A stretch of DNA of 64,000 bases from Octopus sinensis. Its lineage: Eukaryota. The notes beneath the pieces were generated by a model. That model did no database searches. It was not told the DNA's origin and worked only from the letters and a program-made list of their open reading frames with translations. The first letter of the stretch is position 1. Every line of letters begins with the position of its first letter. Where the stretch lies: the NCBI RefSeq assembly GCF_006345805.1, contig NC_043004.1, positions 82,274,001 to 82,338,000 of the forward strand, written 5' to 3'. The position numbers and the translations under genes were made by a program. Positions 38,601-50,340 of the stretch are shown piece after piece.

Positions 38601-39059
38601 TAAGCTCTACAGACACGGCTCGAGAAACACGGGGCCGACCTGCCCGAGATGCGGTCAGAGCGACGAAACCGTTCTGCACGCACTCGTTCAGTGTCCAACA
38701 ATTTCCGACCTGTGGGCTTATGTCGAACAACTGCTGTCACGTGTGGGACGAGTCGGTTTATCAGCTGAGTCTATCGTCAATATTGTCACGCCTCCTTCCT
38801 TCAAACGGGAAGGAAGAGCTATTTCATCATCCTTGTGGCTATGGCGAAAGAATGTATCTGGTGGACGCGTCTGAAAGGATTGGAGACAAACACTTTCCTC
38901 TCTGGTCAATCTCTCATCAACTTCTTCAAGTACCACTTGAAAAGGAAAGTGAGAGTAGAGAGGCAAGTTTTGTCTAGCGAATGTTTTAAAAAAAGATGGG
39001 TGAATGTAGCAAGAATGGCACGTATGAATGACGAAGCCACCTTGAGCATAGTCCTATGA
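35626..39059 (+). CDS. Tx1-like ORF2 (apurinic endonuclease, reverse transcriptase, CCHC), about five small indels
   Basis: MIKIGCVNARGL..AISETRL..LVGDWNA..KSPGLDGLPYE..FRPITLLNAD..KAFDRVDH..RQGCPLS..SAYADDV..CPRCGQSDETVLHALVQC..LSIVL*. Confidence 0.9.
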
Positions 39060-39453
39060 ACCCAGAAATCGAAAACAGAGAGTTGCTTATTTGCAAAAAA
39101 AAAAAAAAAAAAAAAAAAAAGAAAATATAAAGTGACTTCATTGACCGAGGTTACCGTGGTCTTTTCCGTAGGCTTTTCTTTCCACGGGTAAACCTCACCT
39201 GTCCTCCCCTTTACACTTCATATTGACATTTCTGTGATAACGATCCCTATTGATCAATTTTTTTCCTCTCCCCCCCCTTTTTTTTTTTAAACCCCCCTTT
39301 TTTTGTCCTCTTTCTCTCCTTTTACGATCCCTTTTGATCGAAACTCCCCCTCCTTTTTTTTTTTTTTTTTTTTTTTTTTAAACCTTCAAAGAAAAGCTCT
39401 ACCTTGTAATTTGTTCTATCTGTGTGCAGCCCTGTGTGGCTAATAAAGAAACA

Positions 39454-39454
<1 letters not shown>

Positions 39455-39527
<73 letters not shown>

Positions 39528-39528
39528 C

Positions 39529-39561
<33 letters not shown>

Positions 39562-39733
39562 CCTATCTATTCTACCATCTATCTATCTATCTTCTATCTA
39601 TCTACCTATCTATCTTTTTTTACCTATCTATCTAATAATCTATCTATCATCTATCTATCTATCTATATATCTATCTATCTACCTACCTATTCTATCATCT
39701 ATCTATCTATCTACCGACCTATCTATTACCTAA

Positions 39734-39766
<33 letters not shown>

Positions 39767-39768
39767 GT

Positions 39769-39801
<33 letters not shown>

Positions 39802-39810
39802 ATATCTATC

Positions 39811-39850
<40 letters not shown>
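39455..39850. repeat. Degenerate (TATC)n tract at the 3' junction of the Tx1-like LINE
   Basis: Direct inspection. Confidence 0.95.
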
Positions 39851-39853
<3 letters not shown>

Positions 39854-40759
39854 ATACACGCGCACACACACATATACATATATGAATATATATATATATA
39901 TATATACATATATACATAAATACATACATATATATACGCGCGCACACACACACACACATATATATCTGTATGCATATATATATGTATGTATATATATGTA
40001 TAGGTCTCTATATATATGTATGCATGTATATATATATATACATACATACATACATACATACGTATATATATATATATGTATATACATATGTTGTGTGAAA
40101 TTATATATTTATATATGAATGCATGTATATATATGTATATATATATACATATAGTGTGTGTGTGTATACATATATATATATATATATACATATACACATA
40201 TATTGTGTGTATATATCAATATACATTTATATATATATATATGTACACACACTCACATGCACACACACACACACTACACACACATACTCACACACGCACA
40301 CACACTTTTCCTTACATATATAGCATTTGCTCGCTTCTTCTCACCTGCTTTCCGTCAAACTGTTATATTTCTCAACTACCAATCTTTATTTCCTCCGTTT
40401 CTATTATTTTTTGTTCGTCAACTTATAATGTTTCTCATTGGTTTATTCCTCTTTTTCACTTTATCGTGATATGCGTTCCTTCAGTATGATAAACACGTCA
40501 ACATAGAAATGTGCTAAGAACCGGCATATTTATGCTTGAATCGCCTAAGTAACGCCATTGGAATATGAGGTTTCACTTTTATTATTACACTTCAGCAGAT
40601 ATACATACATACATACATAAATACAACATACATACATACATAGTCTCGGGACGACAAACAAAACCTGGTTGTTTAGAAGTGCGGAAAGGCAAAGAAAATC
40701 ACAATCACCAAATCCTGCACAGTAATGCATAAAAATATGCACACATTAATAGATATGTA

Positions 40760-41604
40760 CAGGGTGCGGTGAACAAACTGTCGGCTAAGTTACGCCAAAA
40801 TGAAAATAACACTGTCATTTCATTTCAACAGATTTACTTACTAAAATAATACAAAAATATCTTCAAATACTAAAGAGTAAATTCATTCAATAAAATAGAC
40901 ATTGGCTTCAACCACGGCCTCCAGATGACTTCGGAATCTCCTGCAACTCATCTGGACGGTTTCCTTGTTTAAGTTTTTGAATGCCATAATCCTTGCCTTC
41001 TGTAAGTCTTCGGTGTCACAAGAGGTTTTTTTTGGTCTCTCAGTCTGGGGAGTTAGGTGGCCAGATGTTAGGAGGGAAGTGGTCGCAGAAATTGTCTGAC
41101 AGCCACGAGTGGGTTTTCCTGTTTCTGTGGCATGGGGCAGGGTCCTGTTGCCAAGCATAGAGTATTCCAGCAACCCCATCATGACCCAGGGTAGCTTTAT
41201 CTACTCCAAGCACTTGATGTATGCCTCCGTGTTGAATGTGAGGTCGTGTGAGAAGATGAATGGAGGTATAACGTCGCCATCACTAGTGATCACTTCAAAT
41301 ACCATGATGTTAACTGGGTGTTTGATTTTTATCACTCTTGGTACATGTCATCAGATTGCACTGTCCTCAGATTGACACCTGAACACTCTGAAATACTCGT
41401 ATTGGATCATCCGGCGCTAACTTCTAAGCAATACAGCATGTCTTTTCCAAATTTCTGGCAGAGTGAATTGTGTCATGGTGTTGTTTTTCTCATAGACAGT
41501 GCCCAACTGACCCTACACTGAATAGTCAATAAAATCAAAGTCATACACTGCACATGAGCGAAATTGAGAATATAAAATGGCAACAATTTACCCATCGCAC
41601 CCTG
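40760..41604 (-). mobile_element. Internally deleted maT/DD37D-type (Tc1/mariner) transposon with both TIRs
   Basis: TA|CAGGGTGCG at both ends. Minus strand reads YAWQQDPAPCH..WPPNSPD and SCRRFRSHLEAVVEANVYFIE*. The spacing fits DD37D if the deleted 4 residues are restored. Confidence 0.85.
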
Positions 41605-41678
41605 TATATATTTGTTTGGGTCTACATACATACATATATACACACACACACACACACGTACACATCTATCTATCTATC

Positions 41679-41709
<31 letters not shown>

Positions 41710-42421
41710 CTATCTATATATATATATATTTATATATATGAATATATATATTTATATACCCATATACATGCATATTTATCTAACTACCTATCTATCTATC
41801 ACTCTCTCTCTATATATATACATATGTATATATGTGTCTCTATATTTGTATGAGTGTGTGTGTGTATGTATATGTATATATTATACACACACAAGTACAC
41901 CCACTTACAAGCACATATACGTATACACGTATGTGCATGTACATATACATACGCATATCCACGCAGACATAAATACATGCACAGAGCTCTCTATGTAGCA
42001 GAGACTCTACAAAATTGTTGGACGATAATATTCTGGATGATCTTGTTACAATTTATGAGTCCAAAGACACACGGAGGAGCGAATGAGAAAGAGAGAGTAG
42101 GAGAGAGAGTGTGCGGGAGTAAGAGATAGTGAGAAGAAGAGAGAAAGGAGAGAGAGTGAAAGAGAGAGCGTGAGTGTGTTGTTGTATTCTATAAACCATT
42201 TGTTGGTTATGACAAATCTGGGAAGTACATCTTCGTGTAGGAACAGACGAAAAAGCATTCAAGCCATCGCGAACCTGCTAAAACTGGTAGCCAAATCTCC
42301 CTCCATTCACCATTTATAGTCGTTTATTTTTTTGAAAATACATTACACTTTGGGTATTGTAATTGTAGATAAAATGTGTTTGAGCAAAAGTCGGAAATGT
42401 CACATCTAGAATGTCTTTTAC

Positions 42422-42565
42422 CGTAAATCTTTCGTACCGTCTCCGAACCGAACGAAAGTAAAGAACAGCGATAGCAGCAATGACAACAAGATCAGTGATA
42501 AGAATAAGAATAAAAATAGCGAAAACAATAGTTTTTAAAATTTGGGGCACAAGGCGTGTATTTTT
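42422..42565 (-). CDS. Candidate exon encoding a transmembrane helix with a basic juxtamembrane segment
   Basis: Acceptor ctactctcttcccatag|, phase 0: KNTRLVPQILKTIVFAIFILILITDLVVIAAIAVLYFRSVRRRYERFT|gtaaaa. Alternatively it reads through to a stop at 42314. Confidence 0.5.
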
Positions 42566-43876
42566 CTATGGGAAGAGAGTAGACGATTACATCGTCCACA
42601 GTGTGTAAATGGCATTTATTTTATCGACCCCGAAAGGATGAAAGGCAAAGGTAACCATGGAATGTAAATAAGCGGGGAAAATGTTGCTGATCATATTATC
42701 CGACTCGCTAACGATTCTGCCATTTCTATGTTTTCCATCAAAGCTCAATGCATAGGGTAACGTATTCACCTAATATAATTCAGGTGATGCAATATGACAG
42801 GACCCGGGGTTCAATAAAGCTCTACACGCGAGTATGAGCTTTTAAGTTTACAAAGCCGGTATTCTCAAATCAACACCTTGTTTCTGTATTACGGAACCCG
42901 TTTGTTAAGAAGGGTACGGTACATCAGCTTCTCATATAAGAGTGTGTACGAACCATCGACGACCAACGGCAATCGTAAAGTCAGCGAAAACGCTTCAGCG
43001 TTGTTACTCGATAGTTTGGAAGCAGAAACTAAATTTGTCTTGTATATGGCATAAAATAATTTTCAGGAAAAATGTGACAAACGGGGCACGCTTGGACGAT
43101 TGTAAGTATGACCGCATCATTTTTTTGTATTCCTGGAAATTCTCAACACTTCGTGTTCGGCTTTTTCCTTTTCATTTGATTCCATACCCTTCCTGTCATT
43201 TCTTTCTCCTTTGAGCTTCTACCCTAGGTATCCATCTGGGCCCCGTGTTTGGTTTCCCTTGTCTGAGGTTTAATTCAAATTTTGCCTTGCCAAAAATCCT
43301 TCTAGTTTTCTTAATATATTGACTCTTTCATCTCCGCTCCCATTTGGTTGATTTGTTTCGCTTTAACTTTGGCCCAAGGTCTTAGTTGCCTACAACTTTT
43401 GGATATCTAAAGAGCTGGATTAGAACTAAAAAAAACACAAAACAATAATAAAGCAAAACTGTCAACAAACGAAGGCTGTAGAAAATGCCTGACAACCTCA
43501 GGCTGCTGTTTGGTGTGTTAATCAACACATTGTTTCCAATGAATATATTCTCTAGAATAAGACGTGGAGATAATTAAAATATGTCCCGTAGGCATGTGAG
43601 AAATTAATGATTGAATCATTAAAAGTTCAGTAGTAATGCGTGTCGTAATAAGGTGCCAAAGATAGTTCTTTACAATGTCGTCTGCTTTAATACCGAGGCG
43701 AAATCATAGCGCGTAATTGTTTCAGTAGTTTGTATGTATGTATGTATGTATGTATGTATGTATGTAGGTATGTGTCCATGTATGTATGTATGTATGTATG
43801 TATGTATGTATGTATGTATGTATGTATGCTGTATGTATGTATGTGTGTATATATATATATATATCCATACACCTAG

Positions 43877-43907
<31 letters not shown>

Positions 43908-43949
43908 TACATTATATATCTTATAAACATATATATTATATGTATGTTA

Positions 43950-43985
<36 letters not shown>

Positions 43986-44014
43986 TGTATATACATACAT
44001 ACATACATACATAC

Positions 44015-44045
<31 letters not shown>

Positions 44046-44418
44046 TATATATTACCACTGAGCTTTTATATATATATATATATACGTATAAGAGGTATGT
44101 ACGTGGATATCCATATGCTAGAAGCCAACCCCCTATGGTCTTAGAACTATATGTTTCTGAATCATCAGACTTTTCTGTATGCTAGACCACTGGTTTTAAA
44201 TTGATATTAATCAAAGTAAAATTCAATTTTTCACACCTATATATATATATATATATATATACGTAAAGAAAATTAATACACCCGAGAGATAATAATGTTA
44301 ATGGCCTCAAGCTTAAAACCGTATAGACACAAAATTAATGCATATGTATAATAATTATGTATAACGAATGCGCTACAAAGCACCAAGTTTGCTAAAAGTA
44401 GGAATCAAAAATGCTCAC

Positions 44419-44598
44419 TTGGTTTTTTTCCAATGCGGCTTGGGCACCGAAACGAACACACGCATTTGTCGATGTGATATATAGGTTTGTTATGGGTAGA
44501 CTTGCCTGAAGAGAATCAAGTGCTTTAGGCGCCAAATTCGAAATCATGATACTAAGATAACTGGCATTCCTTCTTGTAGCTTTTTTTTCCAACCATAT
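44419..44598 (-). CDS. Candidate 180-bp phase 0-0 exon
   Basis: ttggttttcacag| IWLEKKATRRNASYLSIMISNLAPKALDSLQASLPITNLYITSTNACVRFGAQAALEKNQ |gtgagc. Confidence 0.55.
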
Positions 44599-44819
44599 CT
44601 GTGAAAACCAAGTGTTAATTCTTGTGGCTTCGGAGTATTTTTGACTCCTATCTTTTGCAAAAACTGGTGCTTCATGGAACCCTTGTTATATATATAAGAA
44701 TATATGTGTGTGTGTCTTAATATATTATATTATATTATATTATATTATATTATATTATGTTATATTATATCAATATATATATTAGGGTACAGAGGCAGAG
44801 AGAGACAGAGAGAGGAGAG

Positions 44820-45160
44820 GCCGTGTAGTAAAACGTTTTGCTTTCCAACTACAAGGTTCCGAGTTCAGTCTCACTGCGTGGCCCCTTGGGCTGACTAAAT
44901 CCTTGTGAGAGATTTTAGTTGACGGAAACGGAAAGAAACCCGCCGCACACATACACACAAACATACACACACACACATATATATACATATAAATATATAT
45001 ATACGACGGGCTTCTTTCAGCCTCTGTCTACCAAATCCACTCACAAGGCCATGGTCAGCCTGAGGCTATAGTACAAGACACTTGCCCAAGGTGCCACGCA
45101 GTGGGACTGAACCCGGAACCATGTGCAAGCTACTTACCACACAGCCACTCCTACGCCTAC
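44820..45160. mobile_element. Two OK-type SINE 5' halves in convergent orientation
   Basis: Plus-strand head at about 44820-44945 and minus-strand head/body at 45004-45160, around a (CA)/(TA) tract. Confidence 0.75.
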
Positions 45161-45178
45161 TTCCGGTCTTTCAAAGGT

Positions 45179-45398
45179 GACCGCGTGAGTACCGCTGCCG
45201 ATTTTTTTTCCTCAGTCTTCCCTTCTCGGGATCTTTCCTTCTATGTTTCCGACGAAGAGCTCTGCTCGAAACGTTAAACCCTCCTTCTTCCCTTCTTTCC
45301 TGAGCGTCCAATAATACTATATTTGTTCCACGTCCTCGCGTTGCTGTGTTTTTTTTTTTTTTGTGTTTTCTTTTTTGTGCTTTCTTGTTTGGATTAAC

Positions 45399-45399
<1 letters not shown>
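45179..45399 (+). mobile_element. About 220-bp PLE-derived non-autonomous element with a minimal hammerhead-like motif
   Basis: GTTT-CCGACGA-A-GAGC-tct-GCTC-GAAA-CG-TT-AAAC at 45245-45279. A second copy with the same ends lies at 58386-58589 (-). Confidence 0.7.
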
Positions 45400-45483
<84 letters not shown>

Positions 45484-45736
45484 CATTTACTTAACTACAG
45501 AATATATCTTACTGAAGAAATGGATAGAGATTTGGCTGCTATTTCTTGCAGACTGTGCTTTCGGAGATTGGCGTATGTCGTTGGCTTTACTGTACATATA
45601 TCGATGTTCAATATACTAAAGGACTTGTATTCTGGAATAGATTCCATTTTCTAAATCCTTTTATTATAAAGAAGAAAAAACAAGGAAAACAAAGAAACAC
45701 CGAAGCAATTGGCATTGTGTCAATATATTTAGTTAC

Positions 45737-45826
45737 CTCATAAAAGAACGAATCTATAAAAATATAAAACATTGGTGTTTCTGAATTACATTGCTGAAAA
45801 TGTCTACGAACCAGTTTCTTTATCTC
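45737..45826 (-). CDS. Candidate 90-bp phase 0-0 exon (EIKKLVRRHFQQCNSETPMFYIFIDSFFYE)
   Basis: Pyrimidine tract plus an uncommon aag| acceptor, donor |gtaact. Joins the 44598 exon in frame. Confidence 0.4.
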
Positions 45827-46649
45827 CTTCAATTGAATAAGTGACGAGAGAAGAGAGGAAATAAACAATTTGGGAGAGAAAAAAAACACGATGGAACATG
45901 TAAATCAGATTAGATAATTTACTCTATACTTGTACTTCTGACCAGGTAAAACATAAAAGACAAATAAAAAACAAACAAACAGCGAGACAGAGAACATATT
46001 GGGTAGTGTAATGTAGTCGTTTATATACTATTATATGTAATATAGATGTATTTACGAAGTAAATGTAGACATATATACAATGTGTCTTTCAATTAAGTAA
46101 GCGACGATAGAATCGGAAAGATACACAATTAGATGATGTACAAAGAATCTTGTAAACTTAATTATAATTGTTACCGATGAGTGATTGTCTGTGTAGCCGC
46201 TTGACCTAATAGAAATAGTGACCAAACACTGTACAAATGGGAACTTTCTTATCTAAATAGAATTAGAGGATGTAGTAGATTATAGGTCCGCAAAAATCGT
46301 ATGAAGCGTGGAGGGGATGCGGAACATGTTTATTCACGATTTTAGGGTTGCTCGTTCAGCGTTGATGTAGAAAAAAACGACTATAAGAAGAAGAAAAACG
46401 GAGGAGGAGGAAGTCAGGGATGAGAAGTAAAAGGAGGAGGAGGAGGAGAAGAAAAAGTAAAAGAAGGAGGAGGAAGGGGAAAAGAAGAAGAAGAATAACA
46501 GCAATAACAACAATTTAAATTTCGCCAGCGATGTCGTAGAAGGAAAAGATTGAAAGAGAATTCCTAGAGAAACGAAAGAAAAAAATAGCTATAAGAGTAC
46601 TATAAACGGACATTTCTTATAAAGCCTATACCAAAAAAAAACCTCATTC

Positions 46650-47100
46650 ATCTGATCATATGGACGCCGCTCGGACTAGAAACACTAACGGTTGTGTAAA
46701 CCTCCTTCAGGAATATGAAGATGCAGGCTGGGAAGCGGAGCATTTTTCCAATCGAGGGTTTGTTGGACACAGTGTGAGACGACAGTTGTTACCGTTAGGC
46801 CTAAATCATGGTAAAGTAAATACCACCATGACCGGTATCCAAACTACAGTGGAAAAGACTAGCCACTGGATTTGGCTAAAAAGAGACGATGGGCGATGGC
46901 TGGAAGAGTATTGAGCTTTATTTGATAACCAGTTGATCTAGCAAGCAGGGCCTCATATCAGCGAGCGAATCGGGTGCGCATTCATGCCGTCGAGAGGTAG
47001 GCCCCGAAACGGCGCACATTCTCTCCTGATGACCCCATACACTTGCTGGCTTCTGGTATGCGGAGCTCTCGACTGCATTTGCATGTTGTTCCTACACCTG
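46650..47100 (+). mobile_element. 3' end of a HERO-like (restriction-endonuclease) non-LTR retrotransposon
   Basis: EDAGWEAEHF..RGFVGHSVR..VEKTSHWIWLKRDDGRWLEEY* matches the HERO C-terminal pattern (EVGCRGF...S.WLWLKR...W). A structured 3' UTR follows. Confidence 0.75.
46938..47049 (+). ncRNA. Candidate non-circularly permuted hammerhead ribozyme in the HERO 3' UTR
   Basis: Stem III GCCGT(46986-90)/ACGGC(47009-13); C17 at 46991; stem I GAGAG(46992-96)/CTCTC(47021-25); GAAA 47006-09; CTGATGA 47026-32. An upstream strand (46938-53) can pair with both stem-II strands. Confidence 0.6.
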
Positions 47101-47144
47101 TCGTCATCTTTATCTTTCTAAAAATTTCACCAAATATATGTAGG

Positions 47145-47192
<48 letters not shown>

Positions 47193-47295
47193 ATATATAT
47201 TAATATATATATAATATATATATATATACACATATATTTATAGGTATGTATGTGTATGTAATTCACTACATATTGTGTGTGTGTAAGTATACATA

Positions 47296-47330
<35 letters not shown>

Positions 47331-47734
47331 CATATGTAAGATGTCTTCAAAAGGTCATCGACATAATTTTTTCCCGCCAAAACTAATACTGCGTGAGCAA
47401 AATTCTTTGGGTAAAAGGTGACACCAACCTTCCTACGCATGCGTGAAAATTTTCGCGCCAGTAGACCGCATCAATTCCCGGCTTTTACGCCTAGAGTACA
47501 GACATGTAGGACACGCTTATCTGTTTTCATTTTCACCGAACTCGTAGAGCAGAGATATTGCATGAAATTTTGCCAAAATGATGGTGGTACTCAAACTCAA
47601 ACCACCTTACAGTTTCCATCAACCAAATCCACTCACAATGCTCGAGGTTATAGCAAAAGACACTTGCCCAAGATGCCACGCAGTTGAACAGAACCATGCG
47701 ATTGGAAAGCAAGCTTCTAACTACAGAACCAGAC

Positions 47735-47965
47735 TTGCGGCGAAGTGGCAGAAACGTCAGCACGCCGGGAGAAATGATTAGCGGTATTTCGTCTGCCGTT
47801 ACGTTCTGAGTTCAAATTCCGCCGAGTTCGACTTTACCTTTCATCCTTTCGGGGTCGATAACTTAAGTACCAGTTACGCACTGGGGTCGATATAATCGAC
47901 TTAATCCGTTTGTCTGTCCTTGTTTGTTCTCTCTGTGTTTAGCCCCTTGTGGGTAGCAAAGAAAT
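47735..47965 (+). mobile_element. OR-type tRNA-derived SINE (Meta-like core)
   Basis: GCGGCGAAGTGGCAGAAACGTCAGCAC...GAGTTCAAATTCCGCCGAG..CCTTTCATCCTTTCGGGGTCGATAA..AGTACCAG. Other copies at 4855, 42590, 53380 and 60740. Confidence 0.75.
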
Positions 47966-48332
47966 ATATAACGAGAAAGTGTGGGAAAAGCAACTAAAGA
48001 CTCGATCTATGGATGACACTAAAATGGGAAGGTGAGTCAGAATGGTTAATAAAACCGTGGCTCGTTTTAGTCCCCAGAGAGACAGGATAAGTCTTAAAAG
48101 ACAGAATGATGAATGAAGCCCAAAAACTATTATTAGAATCAGTGTTTATAAACTAAAACAGTATTCGACGTATGATTTATTAATTACTTGGAAATTGTAT
48201 TCTCGAGTAAATAAATGATAACATTGACTAAATGAGTTCGCGAGAAGTACTTTGAGTTAGGACGGAGTTGGGAATCTGACATTTTTGTTTTTCTTGGACT
48301 GTGTATATACATATATACACACACATGTATGT

Positions 48333-48367
<35 letters not shown>

Positions 48368-48397
48368 TATATATATATATATATATATATTATATAT

Positions 48398-48431
<34 letters not shown>

Positions 48432-48467
48432 ATATATATATCTAATTATAGATCTCTGAGCGAGATA

Positions 48468-48730
48468 TAACCAGTAGCTGCACGACATCGTGGAGTACAT
48501 TTTCCACTTAAATGTGCCTAACCCTTAAGGGTGGATGCCAGTGTAGCTTGTAGCCCTAGGAAAACATCTCCTTCAGCTAGCTATTGACACGCATTCTGTG
48601 CCCTATTAGTATTTGCAAAGAGAAGCCATCCTTCCCATCTCCAACCTGACGCGATACAGACGGACCCGGGTTTCTCGGTATTGACCCGTCATCAGCGTGT
48701 GACAACCACCGGTTGTCGATGTGAAGTGGT
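48468..48730 (-). mobile_element. PLE-type repeat with an intact minimal type I hammerhead
   Basis: Minus strand 48660-48698 reads ACG-CTGATGA-CGGgtcaataCCG-A-GAAA-CCCGGG-TC-CGT, with a palindromic stem III (ACCCGGGT). Confidence 0.65.
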
Positions 48731-49019
48731 TCCCAATGCAAATACATATATCCTTTTTCCAGTGACGAAAAGTCACTGATCTCGAAAAATATATATGCAT
48801 ATATATGCATATATATTTGTATTATATTTCAATATGTATGTGTATACATATATATATATATATGTTTATATATCGGGCGTTGTGTGTGTTTATTGAGCGA
48901 AAAAAACACCTAAAAGCTCCACGAGGCTCCGGCAGGAGGTGGTGATCCCTGCTGTACTCTTTCACCACTCTAAAGGCGGTGCTCCAGCATGGCCACAGTC
49001 AAATGACTGAAACAAGTAC

Positions 49020-49115
<96 letters not shown>

Positions 49116-49144
49116 ATATATACATATATATATATATAAATTAG

Positions 49145-49302
49145 TGTACATTTATACCCAAAGAGGCAAGCTTTAACAGGTTGTCTAACATACTAGAAAG
49201 TACAGTCAAAAGGTCCAAACCATAGTTCAGAGCAATTTCGAAGGGAATGAAAAATAAGAACATTTACCTGTTAAGACTTGCCTCTTTGTGTATAAATGTA
49301 CA
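49145..49302. mobile_element. 158-bp MITE with TIRs of about 38 bp
   Basis: TGTACATTTATACCCAAAGAGGCAAGCTTTAACAGGT versus ACCTGTTAAGACTTGCCTCTTTGTGTATAAATGTACA. Confidence 0.75.
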
Positions 49303-49799
49303 TTAATGTTCATATGAAAAATATGTCTACTGACTTTGTATACTTACTAGGCCACTGGTAGAAAAAATTTCTCTAATTTTTCCTACCCTATATTAATTTT
49401 AAGATATGTATATATATATATATATATATACATGCATATATACATGTGAGAGGACAGAGGGAGAGAGAGAAGAGGGGGAGACAATAGCATGCGGTGTCAG
49501 CCACGATATATAAATGTGGGGTGCCTTCTAGATTCTAGAAGAGGGTCAGGAAAAGTTCGTGATTAAACATTAACTATGATATAACAGACATGAGAAAGAC
49601 AAGTAATGAAAAAAATCTCCCCAAAAAAGCAACATAAAATTACGCTAATAAAAAAGACAATCATTAAAAATAACAAACAGGTAAAATTTAAAAAAAAAAC
49701 AAAATCAAAAGCAAGCAAAAACATGTTATTATTTACATCGTATGATTTATGTCTTTCATTGTAAAATGAGCATTTGAAATATATAGAAATAATTTTAAA

Positions 49800-50140
49800 C
49801 CAGGCACAGGAGTGGCTGTGCGGTAAGTAGCTTGCTTACCAACCACATGATTAAGGGTTCAGTCCTATTGCGTGGCAACTTGAGCAAGTGTCTTCTACTA
49901 TAACCTCGGGTTCGACCAAAGCCTTGTAAGTGAATTTGGTAGACGGAAATTGAAAGAAGCCCATCGTGTATATATACATACACTCTCGGAGTGGTTGGCG
50001 TTAGGAAGGGCATCCAGCTGTAGAAACTCTGCCAGATTAAGATTGGAGCCTGGTGCAGCCATCTGGTTCGCCAGCCCTCAGTCAAAATCGTTCAACCCAT
50101 GCTAGCATGGAAAGCGGACGTTAAACGATGATGATGATGA
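49800..50140 (+). mobile_element. Composite SINE: OK-type head and body with an alternative RTE-like 3' tail ending in (GAT)n
   Basis: Head GGCACAGGAGTGGCTGTGCGG..GGTTCAGTCC, then GGTTGGCGTTAGGAAGGGCATCCAGC...CCCATGCTAGCATGGAAAGCGGACGTTAAACGATGATGATG. Confidence 0.7.
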
Positions 50141-50195
50141 TATATATATATATACATACATACATACATATATATATATATAATATATATATATA

Positions 50196-50226
<31 letters not shown>

Positions 50227-50340
50227 GTCCTGGGGGGCGATTTTCTCGACTAAAGGCGGTGCTCCAGCATGGCCGCAGTCAACTTACTGAAACAAGTAAA
50301 GGAATAAAAGAATAAAAGAAAGCCTATTTGTACTCTTCTG

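Larger units (their letters stand above)
33383..39455 (+). mobile_element. Near full-length (about 6.1 kb) Tx1/L1-clade LINE inserted in (TATC)n
   Basis: 5' UTR of about 225 bp, ORF1 with a gag knuckle, ORF2 with APE-RT-CCHC, and a 3' UTR with an internal poly(A), hairpins and a terminal AATAAA. Confidence 0.93.

Noticed and set aside
42890-43130. Integrin-alpha-like stretch on the minus strand (NNAEAFSLTLRLP..TLLY)
   Set aside because: No clean in-phase splice sites, it needs an assumed frameshift, and there is no GFFKR after the nearby TM helix; kept only as a note under the candidate gene.
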